NCBI GenBank assembly: GCA_017432385.1
Contig: JAFRJH010000028.1
Location: 1-42,661 of the forward strand
Origin: Kiritimatiellia bacterium
Lineage (GTDB): Bacteria; Verrucomicrobiota; Kiritimatiellia; RFP12; UBA1067
Length of the DNA stretch: 42,661 nt
Direction: 5' to 3'
Of this stretch, positions 33,710 to 42,661 are shown piece after piece (positions within the stretch are counted from its first letter, which is position 1; each line of letters opens with the position of its first letter). Below the pieces are notes generated by a model. That model worked only from the letters and a program-made list of their open reading frames with translations. It searched no databases and was not told the DNA's origin. The position numbers and the translations under genes are program-made.

Positions 33710-35230
33710 ATGAAACGCAAAACACAGTCCCCGGCCTCGCTTTCGGTGTGCGTCCTCGCGTCGCTTGCCGCGGCCTTCGCGTCAGCCGCGACCTACGATG
33801 TCTCGACCGTCGACGATCTTTCCGATGCGGCTGCCCGCGCGAAGAGGGGCGATGTCATCCGCGTCGCCGCCGGGACGTATATGCTCTCCGCTACCGTAGA
33901 TGTTTCGAACGACGGTGTCTCGATGGTGTCGGCCGGCGGTAAGACGGACACCGTCCTCGACGGCGGCTCGGCCATCCGCATACTCGACGTGTCCGGCGCG
34001 GACTTCAGGGTCGAGGGCATTACCTTCAGGAACGGGCGCACCACGGGGAACGGCGGCGCAATCCGCTACAGCTCCTCGTCTGTGTCGCAGACGACCGTGG
34101 TCAAGGACTGCGACTTCATAGACTGCGTCGCGAAATACGGCGGCGCGATCTACGCCGGGCAGAACAGCTACGCGTCTTTTCTGCCGCGCGAAAACTACGG
34201 CGTCGTCCGCGGCTGGACGTTCCTCAGGTGCGGGATAGACTCGACCGGGACGTCCGACAGCCAGGGCGGCGGCGGCGGGATATGCGGCGCGCTGTGGGTT
34301 GAGGACAGCGTCTTCGACGCCTGCTTCTGCACGACGCACAATGTGCAGGAATACCATCTTGCAATCGACGTCCCGAGCTACACGACCATTACGAACTGCA
34401 TCTTCCGCAACCACACAAACATCACGCGTGGGCTGGTCGGGTCCAAGGAGCAGCGGGAGCAGCTGGGCTGCGCGCGGCTCGTCGACTGCCTCATAGCCAA
34501 CAACACGTCGACCGGACCAGATGACGTGCTGTTCCACCGCAAGGTGATCCTCGACCGCTGCGTCATATCGAACAACGCATCCACGGTAACTTCGGCGATT
34601 TCGTCGCTGTACAGGCTTGACGCCACCGGCGACAGGGGCTTCAGCAGGGCGACGAGCTGCCTTTTCGTCGACAACCAGTACCCGTTCAACATGGCCAACC
34701 TGCCTCCGATTCTGAACTGCACGTTCGTCCGCAACGTCGGCGGCCTCGCCTGCGATTACACGGAGTCGCTGAAGTTCGCGATTACCAACTGCGTCTTCTG
34801 GGGGAACACAGCGAAGGCCGATTGGCCGTTCAACGCATCCTACAAGGGCGCCCCGGGCCTCTACTGGCACCCCAACACGCAGCTTCAGGACTTTGCGCGG
34901 CTTGCGAACGTAGTAATCGACGGCGGGAACGAAAACGCGGACGTCGCGGGCGTCCTCGCGACCGATTCGTCGGGCCGCTCCACGCAGCTCACCGCGGCGG
35001 CGGCAGCGAACGGCCCCGGCTTCAAGGACGCCGCAAGCGGCGACTGGACGCTCCACAGGGTGTCCGTGCTGGTCGACGCCGGCGTGCTGCAGGACTGGAT
35101 GGCCGCGGCGTGCGACCTCGCCGGCAACCTGCGTTGCCTCCTCGACGGCAGGAAGGCCCCGTCCGCCGTCCCGGACATCGGGTGCTACGAATACCGCTCG
35201 ATGGCGGGCTTTGCGATCCGCATGCGCTGA
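33710..35230 (+). CDS. secreted right-handed parallel beta-helix protein with Pmp-like GGAI / FxxN-type repeats
   Basis: Signal peptide MKRKTQSPASLSVCVLASLAAAFASA. Repeats ITFRNGRTTGNGGAIRY, CDFIDCVAKYGGAIYA, CIFRNH, CLIANN, CVISNN, CLFVDN, CTFVRN and CVFWGN. DIGCYEY lies near the end, as in many beta-helix proteins. Ends MAGFAIRMR. Confidence 0.8.
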   Translation: MKRKTQSPASLSVCVLASLAAAFASAATYDVSTVDDLSDAAARAKRGDVIRVAAGTYMLSATVDVSNDGVSMVSAGGKTDTVLDGGSAIRILDVSGADFRVEGITFRNGRTTGNGGAIRYSSSSVSQTTVVKDCDFIDCVAKYGGAIYAGQNSYASFLPRENYGVVRGWTFLRCGIDSTGTSDSQGGGGGICGALWVEDSVFDACFCTTHNVQEYHLAIDVPSYTTITNCIFRNHTNITRGLVGSKEQREQLGCARLVDCLIANNTSTGPDDVLFHRKVILDRCVISNNASTVTSAISSLYRLDATGDRGFSRATSCLFVDNQYPFNMANLPPILNCTFVRNVGGLACDYTESLKFAITNCVFWGNTAKADWPFNASYKGAPGLYWHPNTQLQDFARLANVVIDGGNENADVAGVLATDSSGRSTQLTAAAAANGPGFKDAASGDWTLHRVSVLVDAGVLQDWMAAACDLAGNLRCLLDGRKAPSAVPDIGCYEYRSMAGFAIRMR

Positions 35231-35263
35231 GCATGGCCGGCTGCGCCCGTGTCTTTGGGGGGA

Positions 35264-35292
35264 TTGCGCCGTTTTGCGCTGTGGGCTATAAT
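35264..35292 (+). promoter_or_regulatory. sigma70-type promoter (-35 TTGCGC, 17-nt spacer, TATAAT)
   Basis: ttgcgc at 35264-35269 and tataat at 35287-35292. SD ggagga at 35323-35328 and ATG at 35335 lie downstream. Confidence 0.5.
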
Positions 35293-35334
35293 GGCGCCGA
35301 AACTAGCAGAACAGAATCTACTGGAGGACCTGAG

Positions 35335-38300
35335 ATGACGATGACGACAAGATGTCTTAGGGCGGCCGCGGTCCCTGCGGTTGCCTGCGCATTCGCCGCC
35401 TCGGCTTTCGCCGCGCCGTACGACTACGAGGTCGAGTACGTCAAGTCCGCGCACATGAGCGTCGTGAAGACCGATCTGCTGCCCGATTCAGGGCTCTCGT
35501 TCAGGATGGACGTCATGTTCGAAGGCCCCTACAACCAGATCTTCGGCGGCAAATTCGACATGGCGAAGCAGACGACCGTCTTCTTCGGGCAGGAGGATCC
35601 CGCTGACGCTGACAGGGGGCGCGGACTCTACCAGCTCGAGTTCGGAGGACACGAGGCGCAGGCCTTCCAGTCGTCCGCCAGCTTCGGCAGAAAGAGCCAG
35701 GGCAAGTGGACCCACTGCGGCACGCAGGAGCTAAACGACTCCGTGGTCGGATCGCGCATCTCGATCTCCTACGACGGCAGCCGCGTCAGCTGGGGCAGCT
35801 TCAGCATGAAGCTCGGGGGGGCTCGCACCGAATCCAGCAAGGTCCCCGTCTCCTTTTTCGGCATGACGCGCGCCGATGGGACGCCAAAGTCCTACGGCTG
35901 CTACGACATGACACTCTACGGCGCGACTTTCTACAGGGACGGCAAGCCCGTGGCCGAATTCATCCCGGTCGTGAAAGGCGGCGTCGCCGGGCTCTACGAG
36001 AAGGTCTCGAAGAAGTTCTACGCGAGCGCCACGCGGGTTCCGCTGTCGGCCGGCCCGAAGGTCGCGGCAAAGGGCAGGTCGAAGGGCAGGGCGAATGTCC
36101 GCGGAAAGAGGGAGGTCGACTTCTCGGTGCCGATCTTCGAGGACGACTTCACGAGCGACAAGCTCTTCGCCGAGCGCTGGGAGTTTCTTGGCCACGCTCA
36201 GAAGACCATCTCCATAAAGGACGGCGCGTGTCGCATTCCCAGCGGCACCACGGGCGACGGCATCCGCTGGAAGGGCGAGCTTCCCGACGAGTGCGCGGTC
36301 GAGGCTGACTTCGTGTGCTATCCGGAGTGGAGCGGGATAAAGGATCCGAAGGACGGCGACTACCACTGGGCCTCGATGGGATGCGACTGCGCGAACTACG
36401 GTGTCCGAAGCGACGGCTACGGCGTGAGCCTCTACAAGCCCGAGCCGAGCCAGCCGACGAGGAGCTGCTATCCGTGGATCGCGAACTTCAAGGAGCGCGA
36501 GCCGGTCACGGTGCGCTTCGAGCGCCGCAGGATCGGCGACAGCATGGTGGGCTACACCTTCCTGCTCAACGGGGTCAAGGTCAACTACTTCACCGCCCCC
36601 GCGCCGAAGAAGACGGTCGGCTTCGACGGCGTCGAGCGGTCGAATCCGCTCGTCATCGACAACTTCAACTGCCCGTTCGAGGTGCGGCGCGTGACGGTCT
36701 ACGCACTCCAGGGCGGCGACAGCCCGAACCTGATCGCCAACTCCGGCTTCGAGTTCGACAGCGACGGCGTCCCGCCGCACTACTGCAACCGCGGCTGGTG
36801 CGACATGGGCAGGGTCTCGGTCGAGGACTACAAGGAGAAGTACCTCAGGAGCTTCATGGTCGACAAGTCCGAGAAGCACTCGGGCAGCCAGTCGCTGCGG
36901 CTCAGGATAGGCCCGTTCATCCGCAGCCTGGACTTCTTCGCCTGGAACACGCCGACGCAGAAGGGCAGGAGCGGCGTCCTCTCCGTGTGGGCGAAGGCAT
37001 CCGAGCCGGGCGTGAAGCTCAAGCTCAAGGTCTCCAAGGACGCCAAGGTCGTGGACCTCACTACGGACTGGGCGCGCTACGAGGTCACGACGACCAATAT
37101 GCCGGCTCCGGGATACTTCAGCCCCGCGTGGTTCGAGGTCCCCGACGTCTCGAAGCGCACGACCGATGCCTCTATCTGGCTCGACGACCTGCAGCTCGAG
37201 ATGGTCGACGCGCCCGAGGGCGGCTTCGACCCCAACAAGACCTATGCGACGGAGTACAAGCCCAAGTCCGGCGACGCCGAGAACTTCACGCTCGGCAAGC
37301 CGACGCCGCACGCGAAGCCGGAGCGCACCGCCCCGCTTTCGCCCGCAGAGAACGCGCTCTGCGGATACACGCCGCCGAAGGAAGGGCTTCTCCTCGGCCA
37401 CTACGACTTCTACATGAACGAGAAGACGGCCGACTTCCGCGCATGGGACGGCAAGGGCGGCTTCGAGCAGGTGTCGCTCGACATCTCCGGCATGCCCTGC
37501 GGCACAAACGCCGTGATGGTGAAGGCCCTTGGACGCGACTGGAAGGCCGAGGTCCGCAAGCTTCCTTTCAGGAAGGGCGCGACGCAGATCAACCAGTGGT
37601 CGCGCACGCTCGTCCACGACGGCGAGAAGGTGTTCATGAGCGCGCCGTGCCTCATCGGGCGCGAGAACGCGCCGCAGGGAGACGGCACGTCCAAGCCGGT
37701 CGACATACTCTGCGACGCAGGTTTCAAGTACCTCAACCTCCAGAACAACCTGAACGTCCGCGACATCGAGATGAACCAGAAGACGTTCGCCTACGCCCGC
37801 AAGAAGGGAATGAAGTTCACCGTCTGGACTGGCGAGGGGCAGACTCTCGACGACGTCGGCGAGATCAGGCGGTGGGAGGACAACTCGGCCACGGACTGGT
37901 CGCGCCAGAAGATGTACGAGATGCTCGGCAGCGAGGACGTCATCAACTGGCTTGTCCTCGACGAGCCTGAGTACCGCAAGGCCGACGAGTGCAAGGCGTT
38001 CATGAAGCGCACGAAGGCGCTCTTCCCCTACAACCCGGTGCAGATGAACAACTGCTGGCTCGGCATCAGCGGACGGTTCGCCGGCCTCCCGACCGACATC
38101 CTGATGGTCGACTACTACCTCACCACCGACGGCACTACGATGGAGATGGTCGTCTCGAAGGTGGACGTCCTGAGGTCCATCGCGCCAGGCAAGCCCTGCT
38201 GGTACTTCATGGAGAGCGAGAATTCGCTCCATCCGCGGATCCCTTCCTACAAGGAGCAGATCGCGCAGTGCTGGGGCTCCGTCGCCGCGGGCGCCTCGGG

Positions 38301-38667
38301 GCTGTCGTGGTTCGTCAACATGCCGACTTCGCGCTGCTGCTATGACGCGCTCGTCGACATCAACCGCGAGCTCATGGACAACGTCGACTTCCTCTGCTCC
38401 GACGAACTCTGCGGCGGCGCGGTCGCGAGCGAGACGGAGAACTACATCCGCTGCCTCACCAGGAGGCACGGCGACGAGTGGCGCGTCTACACGGCCAACA
38501 TAAACCCCCACCCTAACGCGAAGGTGTCGTTCGCGCTCCCCGCCGACGTCCCTCAGGGCGCGAAGGTCGAGGTTATGTACGAGAACCGCTCGCTTCAGGC
38601 GAAGGACGGCGTCTTCTCCGACGCCTTTGACGGCTTCTCCCGCCACATATACCGCATCGCGAAGTGA
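35335..38667 (+). CDS. secreted multidomain protein (LamG/concanavalin-like + CBM-like + putative TIM-barrel glycosidase-like C-terminal region), function unknown
   Basis: Signal peptide MTMTTRCLRAAAVPAVACAFAASAFA. FEDDFTSDKLFAERWEF is the entry to a LamG/DUF1080-like domain. NLIANSGFEFD...GSQSLRL is a CBM4/22-like entry. WLVLDEPEY and WYFMESENS suggest GH-A-like acid/base and nucleophile strands. The track start at 34822 overlaps the upstream gene. Confidence 0.75.
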   Translation: MTMTTRCLRAAAVPAVACAFAASAFAAPYDYEVEYVKSAHMSVVKTDLLPDSGLSFRMDVMFEGPYNQIFGGKFDMAKQTTVFFGQEDPADADRGRGLYQLEFGGHEAQAFQSSASFGRKSQGKWTHCGTQELNDSVVGSRISISYDGSRVSWGSFSMKLGGARTESSKVPVSFFGMTRADGTPKSYGCYDMTLYGATFYRDGKPVAEFIPVVKGGVAGLYEKVSKKFYASATRVPLSAGPKVAAKGRSKGRANVRGKREVDFSVPIFEDDFTSDKLFAERWEFLGHAQKTISIKDGACRIPSGTTGDGIRWKGELPDECAVEADFVCYPEWSGIKDPKDGDYHWASMGCDCANYGVRSDGYGVSLYKPEPSQPTRSCYPWIANFKEREPVTVRFERRRIGDSMVGYTFLLNGVKVNYFTAPAPKKTVGFDGVERSNPLVIDNFNCPFEVRRVTVYALQGGDSPNLIANSGFEFDSDGVPPHYCNRGWCDMGRVSVEDYKEKYLRSFMVDKSEKHSGSQSLRLRIGPFIRSLDFFAWNTPTQKGRSGVLSVWAKASEPGVKLKLKVSKDAKVVDLTTDWARYEVTTTNMPAPGYFSPAWFEVPDVSKRTTDASIWLDDLQLEMVDAPEGGFDPNKTYATEYKPKSGDAENFTLGKPTPHAKPERTAPLSPAENALCGYTPPKEGLLLGHYDFYMNEKTADFRAWDGKGGFEQVSLDISGMPCGTNAVMVKALGRDWKAEVRKLPFRKGATQINQWSRTLVHDGEKVFMSAPCLIGRENAPQGDGTSKPVDILCDAGFKYLNLQNNLNVRDIEMNQKTFAYARKKGMKFTVWTGEGQTLDDVGEIRRWEDNSATDWSRQKMYEMLGSEDVINWLVLDEPEYRKADECKAFMKRTKALFPYNPVQMNNCWLGISGRFAGLPTDILMVDYYLTTDGTTMEMVVSKVDVLRSIAPGKPCWYFMESENSLHPRIPSYKEQIAQCWGSVAAGASGLSWFVNMPTSRCCYDALVDINRELMDNVDFLCSDELCGGAVASETENYIRCLTRRHGDEWRVYTANINPHPNAKVSFALPADVPQGAKVEVMYENRSLQAKDGVFSDAFDGFSRHIYRIAK

Positions 38668-38668
38668 C

Positions 38669-38689
38669 CCCTACATTTGTAGGGGTTGT
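38669..38689. promoter_or_regulatory. 7-4-7 palindromic site CCCCTAC-ATTT-GTAGGGG(TTG), copy 2 (may also act as a terminator hairpin)
   Basis: Begins 2 nt after the TGA at 38665-38667. It is 20/21 identical to 33627-33647 and has the same spacing to the downstream -35/-10. Confidence 0.6.
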
Positions 38690-38715
38690 TGGGCGTCGCT
38701 TTTTGGGGTTATAAT
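38687..38715 (+). promoter_or_regulatory. sigma70-type promoter (-35 TTGTTG, 17-nt spacer, TATAAT)
   Basis: ttgttg at 38687-38692 and tataat at 38710-38715. SD aaagga at 38734-38739 and ATG at 38749 lie downstream. Confidence 0.55.
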
Positions 38716-38748
38716 ACCAGTGTAAACCAATGCAAAGGAAGTGCGCCT

Positions 38749-41541
38749 ATGAAAGCAAGTAGCCTAAAATGGAATGGACGGTATGTCGCGGCGGCTCTTA
38801 CGGGTGCTGTTCTGGCCTTGGCTCTGACGGCTGGGGCCGCAGACCTCTGCTGGAACGGCGGCTCCGGCGATTCCCTTGCCGACCCCGCAAATTGGGGCGT
38901 GTACGGCGGGTCGTCCCCTGCAGGCCGCGTCCCGGGCAGTGGCGATACGATTTTCATTATAGCCAGCAGACCGTTGACGTTCTCGGTCGACAATGAGACC
39001 GACATGGCCGTGGTGAACGGCTGCCAAGGCATCCTTCTGAGGGAGAACAGCCCTGCCACGACATGCAACGTCGTCGTTCCACCAGGCGCGGACGCGGCCA
39101 TATCCGTGCCGATCTACGGCTACGAAAGGGGGCGCGGCACCCTCAACTTCAGCGGCTCCGGAACCGTTAGCCTGACCTCCGGCGGCAAGGCGGACTATGC
39201 CGCGCTCTATCTGAACATAGACGGCACCGAAGTGCTGCTTCCGCAGGGCGACGGCCTTTCAACAGGGGCGATTGTCTACGGACACGTGGCCGTATCCAAT
39301 GGCGGGACGCTTCACCTTCCGACTGGCCACAGTGGTTCGACCGGCAGCAACTACATAGACATGCTGTCGCTTTCCGGCGACGGCACGGTCACCGCTTCCG
39401 AGCAGACCGAACTGCGCCTTACCAACGGCGGAGGCGTGTTCTCGGGCGTTCTCGAGACGAACATCAGCCTCTGGGTGACAAAGGGCCGCCACGACCTCAC
39501 GGGCACGAACTCCACGATGAACGTCAGGTCGCCGCGTGTTTCCTTCGCCACCGCGAACTGGGCTAACGAAGGCTCCGCGGTGCTGGGCGTCGCGAAGATC
39601 GGCCGGAAGGGCGAGAATTCCTCGCTGGGACGAAAGAATGCATTCGACACCAACGTATCGGGTGGAACATACGTGTATCTGGGCGAGGGCGAGGAGACGG
39701 ACAAGGCCTTCTACGCCTACGCGCACGACGGCTACAGCGTGCTGGACGCCGGAGCCACGGGCGGCATCGTGTTCAAGGGCGCCGGCAGCGGCCTTGAAGG
39801 CGGCGGAAAGTCCGAGTACAACTGCATATTCGGCCTTTCCGGCTCCAATACCGTGCCGTGCGTCGTCAGGGGCAAGGTGACCGAGAGGTCGGCCAACGAC
39901 CTTGTGACGATTGTCAAGAAGGGGACAGGGACATGGCGCCTGGCGGACCCGGCGCTTGACGGACTCGCCGTGAAGGACAACCGCAATTTCCGCGGGGCGA
40001 TCTCCGTGGACGAAGGCGTGCTGCAGTTCGATACGGTCGCGCCGCCCAACGAGTACTGCTCCGTGGGCCTCGCGACCATGCGCAAGACGCCGCAGCTCGG
40101 GGTGTGGGCGACGCTCGCCGACGTGGACTGGGCGTTTTCGCTGGGCGGCACAAACGCCGCGCTCAACGCCTTGGCGGAAGGCACGCTTGAATACACGGGC
40201 ACGGAGGCAGCACTCGCGGACCGCCGCCCCGTAATCCTGAATGCGGACGGACGCCTGCGCGCGAACGCCGCGAAGAAGATTCGCTACCGACTTCTTCCGC
40301 CCGTCACGGCGTGCGCGAAGACGCTGTCGCTGGACGGCTCGTCGCTCGCAACGAACGAGGTCCACGACGTGACGGACACGGCGGAGAATCCCGTTTCCGT
40401 GGTCAAGGAAGGGCCCGGCACATGGCTTATGGGCGGCGACCTGTCGTTCCATGGCGCCCTTGCCGTCAAGGGCGGCAAGCTGATTGTGCGCGACTACGCC
40501 CCGGGCACGAACTATTCGTGGTTCCGCTTTACGGTCAAGAACCTGTTCGATCCTGTCGCCGCCGGCAGCAAGGGCAACGTATCGGTGTCCTTCCTGGGGC
40601 TCTTCGACGGAACCGGCCATTGCCAGACAATGGATGCGCTTTCGTCCGAGAACATGCTTGCGGCCTCCATTGAGCCGGGCGAGGCCGGCTACGAGACGAC
40701 GCGGGCGCATTCAAGGGGAGGCTACTCGTCCAATGGCTGGAACAACGACAACATCACCAACCTCTTCCGCAGTGCGGCAAACACCGTGTTTGATCTGAAC
40801 ATGAAGGACAAGGCCGGCGACGGCAGCTGCTATCCGCGGCTCGAGGACGAATCGTCCTGGCTCCCGCTTGTCGTTCGGCTCACCAACGGCGCGCCTGCGG
40901 TCGCGTCCTACGACTGGGTCACGACCTATGGCTGGGCCATGAAGAACAACGGAGGCTTCCACTGGATGCCGAACGTCTGGTCGCTCGAGGGCAGCGTGGA
41001 CGGAATGCACTGGGAAAACGTCAAGACGGACGGCGGAGACTATTCCATCTCCACGAACGACTGTGCGTCTGCCGCGAGTGACGGAACCTTCATATTCGCG
41101 GGCGTCGCGATGGATCGCGACTATGCCTTGTATTCCGCGAAGAGCCCCGTCAACCACATGAGCGGCTGCGCGATACGCGGGACCTCCACCAACTCATACG
41201 ACGTCCTGTCGAACGTCCGTTCTCTGCGCGTCGACGCCGGCGCGACGCTGGAGCTCGAGAACGTCGAGGCCACGTTCTCGAAGCTCGCCGTCGACATGTC
41301 CGTTGGCGGCGGGACAATCAAGGGCGCGGCGTTCGCCGGCAGCGGTTCCATTGACCTTCTGAACTACGTCCGCACCGGCAGTCAGTCTGTTTCAATCGAC
41401 CTCGAGTCTTCCTCGGGTACGTCGGGCATAAGGTCCTGGACGGTGTCGGTCGCGGGCCAGGTGGATCCTCGCCTGCGCGCCAAATACGCCAATGGCGTCC
41501 TTACTGTGCGTTCGGGCGGAATGTTCGTGGTCGTGAGGTAG
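38749..41541 (+). CDS. secreted autotransporter-associated beta-strand-repeat protein with a discoidin-like C-terminal region
   Basis: Signal peptide ...AAALTGAVLALALTAGA, then ADLCWNGGSGDSLADPANWGVY. Repeats of the type TIVKKGTGTWRLAD and VVKEGPGTWLMGGDLSFHGALAVKGGKLIV. WFRFTVKNLF...WSLEGSVDGMHWENV is F5/8-type-C-like. Ends SGGMFVVVR. Confidence 0.8.
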   Translation: MKASSLKWNGRYVAAALTGAVLALALTAGAADLCWNGGSGDSLADPANWGVYGGSSPAGRVPGSGDTIFIIASRPLTFSVDNETDMAVVNGCQGILLRENSPATTCNVVVPPGADAAISVPIYGYERGRGTLNFSGSGTVSLTSGGKADYAALYLNIDGTEVLLPQGDGLSTGAIVYGHVAVSNGGTLHLPTGHSGSTGSNYIDMLSLSGDGTVTASEQTELRLTNGGGVFSGVLETNISLWVTKGRHDLTGTNSTMNVRSPRVSFATANWANEGSAVLGVAKIGRKGENSSLGRKNAFDTNVSGGTYVYLGEGEETDKAFYAYAHDGYSVLDAGATGGIVFKGAGSGLEGGGKSEYNCIFGLSGSNTVPCVVRGKVTERSANDLVTIVKKGTGTWRLADPALDGLAVKDNRNFRGAISVDEGVLQFDTVAPPNEYCSVGLATMRKTPQLGVWATLADVDWAFSLGGTNAALNALAEGTLEYTGTEAALADRRPVILNADGRLRANAAKKIRYRLLPPVTACAKTLSLDGSSLATNEVHDVTDTAENPVSVVKEGPGTWLMGGDLSFHGALAVKGGKLIVRDYAPGTNYSWFRFTVKNLFDPVAAGSKGNVSVSFLGLFDGTGHCQTMDALSSENMLAASIEPGEAGYETTRAHSRGGYSSNGWNNDNITNLFRSAANTVFDLNMKDKAGDGSCYPRLEDESSWLPLVVRLTNGAPAVASYDWVTTYGWAMKNNGGFHWMPNVWSLEGSVDGMHWENVKTDGGDYSISTNDCASAASDGTFIFAGVAMDRDYALYSAKSPVNHMSGCAIRGTSTNSYDVLSNVRSLRVDAGATLELENVEATFSKLAVDMSVGGGTIKGAAFAGSGSIDLLNYVRTGSQSVSIDLESSSGTSGIRSWTVSVAGQVDPRLRAKYANGVLTVRSGGMFVVVR

Positions 41542-41565
41542 CTGTGCCATTGGAGGAGTGCCGAG

Positions 41566-42661
41566 GTGAAGACAAAGACAACGCCGCCTAAGATGCTTGC
41601 GGTCCTGGGACTCTGCCTATGCGCGGCACCGGTGGCGCTGTTCGCGGCGTCCCCCGCCCCTCTGGACCTGATTCCGATGCCGCTGAAGGTGGTTCAGCTC
41701 GGCGGAACGCGTCCGTACGAGCCGGGGAAGGTGTCATGCGCGGTGGATTCGACCGTGCCCAGGGAAGGCTACAGGCTCGTCGTCGACCGCGAAGGGGTCA
41801 AGGTGTTCTCGTCCGACGACGCGGGCCGTTTCTATGCGGGAGAGACGCTCCGCCAGCTTGCGAAGCGGGAAGGCGACGCGAAGGTCGTCCCGTGCGTGGA
41901 GATCGATGACGCCCCAAGGTACCCCTGGCGCGGGTTCCATCTCGACGAGTGCAGGCATTTCTTCGGCAAGGAGACGGTCAAGTCCGTGCTTGACCTGATG
42001 GCGAAGTACAAGCTGAACATGTTCCACTGGCACCTTACCGACGACCAGGGCTGGCGGCTCGACGTGCCAGGCTATCCGGAGCTCGTCAAGTACGGCGCGG
42101 TGAGGTCTGCGAGCCTCCGCCACCGCGAGTGGGCTGCCACGGGGTCGAAGGAGGACGCCGACAAGCTCAACGGAACAAGGTACGGCCCCTATTTCTACAC
42201 CGAGGCGGACCTTCGGGAGATCGTCGCCTACGCGGCGGAGCGCCACATCCAGGTCGTTCCCGAAATCGAGCTGCCCGGGCATGTCTTCGCCGCATTGGCA
42301 GCGTATCCGGATTTCGCCTGCATCCCCGCCAACCTCGCCGCACGCGATCCACGCCTCGTGTGGGGGATAGAGCGCGATGTCCTATGCCTCGGCAACGACA
42401 AGGCGCTCAGGTTCATGGAGGACGTCCTCGACTGGACGTGCCGGGTGTTTCCCGGCGACGTCGTGCACATCGGCGGCGACGAGTGCCCCCAGGAGCGCTG
42501 GAAGACCTGTCCCAAATGCCAGGCCAGGATCAGGTCGGAGGGCCTGAAGGGCGTCGACGACCTCCAGCCTTGGGCGACGCGTCGCTTCGTGAAGTTCCTG
42601 GAGTCGCGAGGCAAGCGCGCGGTCGGCTGGGACGAATACCTGCTTGGAGACATACCGAAGA
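41566..42661 (+). CDS. GH20 beta-N-acetylhexosaminidase, N-terminal fragment (3' end outside window)
   Basis: Not in the ORF track because there is no stop within the window. SD ggagga at 41552-41557, GTG at 41566 (in-frame ATG at 41593). Signal peptide LAVLGLCLCAAPVALFAA. LIPMPLKV, IDDAPRYPWRGFHLDECRHFF, LNMFHWHLTDDQGWR and HIGGDECP (catalytic D-E pair). Confidence 0.85.
   Translation, partial: MKTKTTPPKMLAVLGLCLCAAPVALFAASPAPLDLIPMPLKVVQLGGTRPYEPGKVSCAVDSTVPREGYRLVVDREGVKVFSSDDAGRFYAGETLRQLAKREGDAKVVPCVEIDDAPRYPWRGFHLDECRHFFGKETVKSVLDLMAKYKLNMFHWHLTDDQGWRLDVPGYPELVKYGAVRSASLRHREWAATGSKEDADKLNGTRYGPYFYTEADLREIVAYAAERHIQVVPEIELPGHVFAALAAYPDFACIPANLAARDPRLVWGIERDVLCLGNDKALRFMEDVLDWTCRVFPGDVVHIGGDECPQERWKTCPKCQARIRSEGLKGVDDLQPWATRRFVKFLESRGKRAVGWDEYLLGDIPK

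Noticed and set aside
41619-41909. 96-aa + strand ORF listed in the track.
   Set aside because: It is out of frame with, and fully contained in, the GH20 hexosaminidase reading frame (41566 to the window end). That frame carries unmistakable GH20 motifs.
1-42661. Scan for CRISPR repeats, tRNA/rRNA genes, IS elements, integrases, toxin-antitoxin pairs and other defence-system hallmarks.
   Set aside because: I could see no direct-repeat/spacer array, cloverleaf-like sequence, transposase/integrase motif or small paired ORFs. The intergenic regions are short (the longest are about 170 nt at 26532-26702 and about 120 nt at 24171-24288 and 33586-33709) and are accounted for by promoters.

Overview
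High-GC (hand-counted lines about 60-68% G+C) bacterial chromosomal segment, almost entirely coding on the + strand. I recognise no rRNA, tRNA, CRISPR array, transposase or integrase. Housekeeping genes (gap 3' end, purF-like, apbE, folD, rbsK) are interleaved with a dense set of secreted carbohydrate-active enzymes: GH2-like, a clan GH-A barrel, GH78-like, a beta-helix protein, GH81, a GH106-like fusion and a GH20 5' fragment. Four large secreted beta-helix/beta-solenoid 'adhesin-like' proteins are also present. Their motifs (autotransporter-associated beta-strand repeats, Pmp-like GGAI/FxxN repeats) suggest the PVC superphylum, such as Lentisphaerota, Kiritimatiellota or Verrucomicrobiota; this is inference only. 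The only minus-strand genes are a HisKA_3 sensor kinase and a NarL/LuxR-type response regulator (31148-33585). The main observations are listed here. (1) A 21-nt element, CCCCTAC-N4-GTAGGGG-TTG, occurs at 20/21 identity at the same position against the -35 of two promoters flanking the two-component system, with two degenerate copies at neighbouring promoters. (2) All four beta-helix proteins end in a shared tail, G-[FM]-x-[VI]-x-[VM]-R-stop. (3) One of two tandem giant paralogs carries a low-GC (about 40-45%) cassette between conserved high-GC ends. (4) Extended -10 promoters (TGGTATAAT) sit 6-9 nt from ATG, implying leaderless mRNAs. (5) Secreted nucleoside-hydrolase-fold proteins, one fused to a GH106-like enzyme, flank a ribokinase. 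The long minus-strand ORFs in the track are high-GC antisense artefacts. All family assignments rest on remembered motifs, not on searches.
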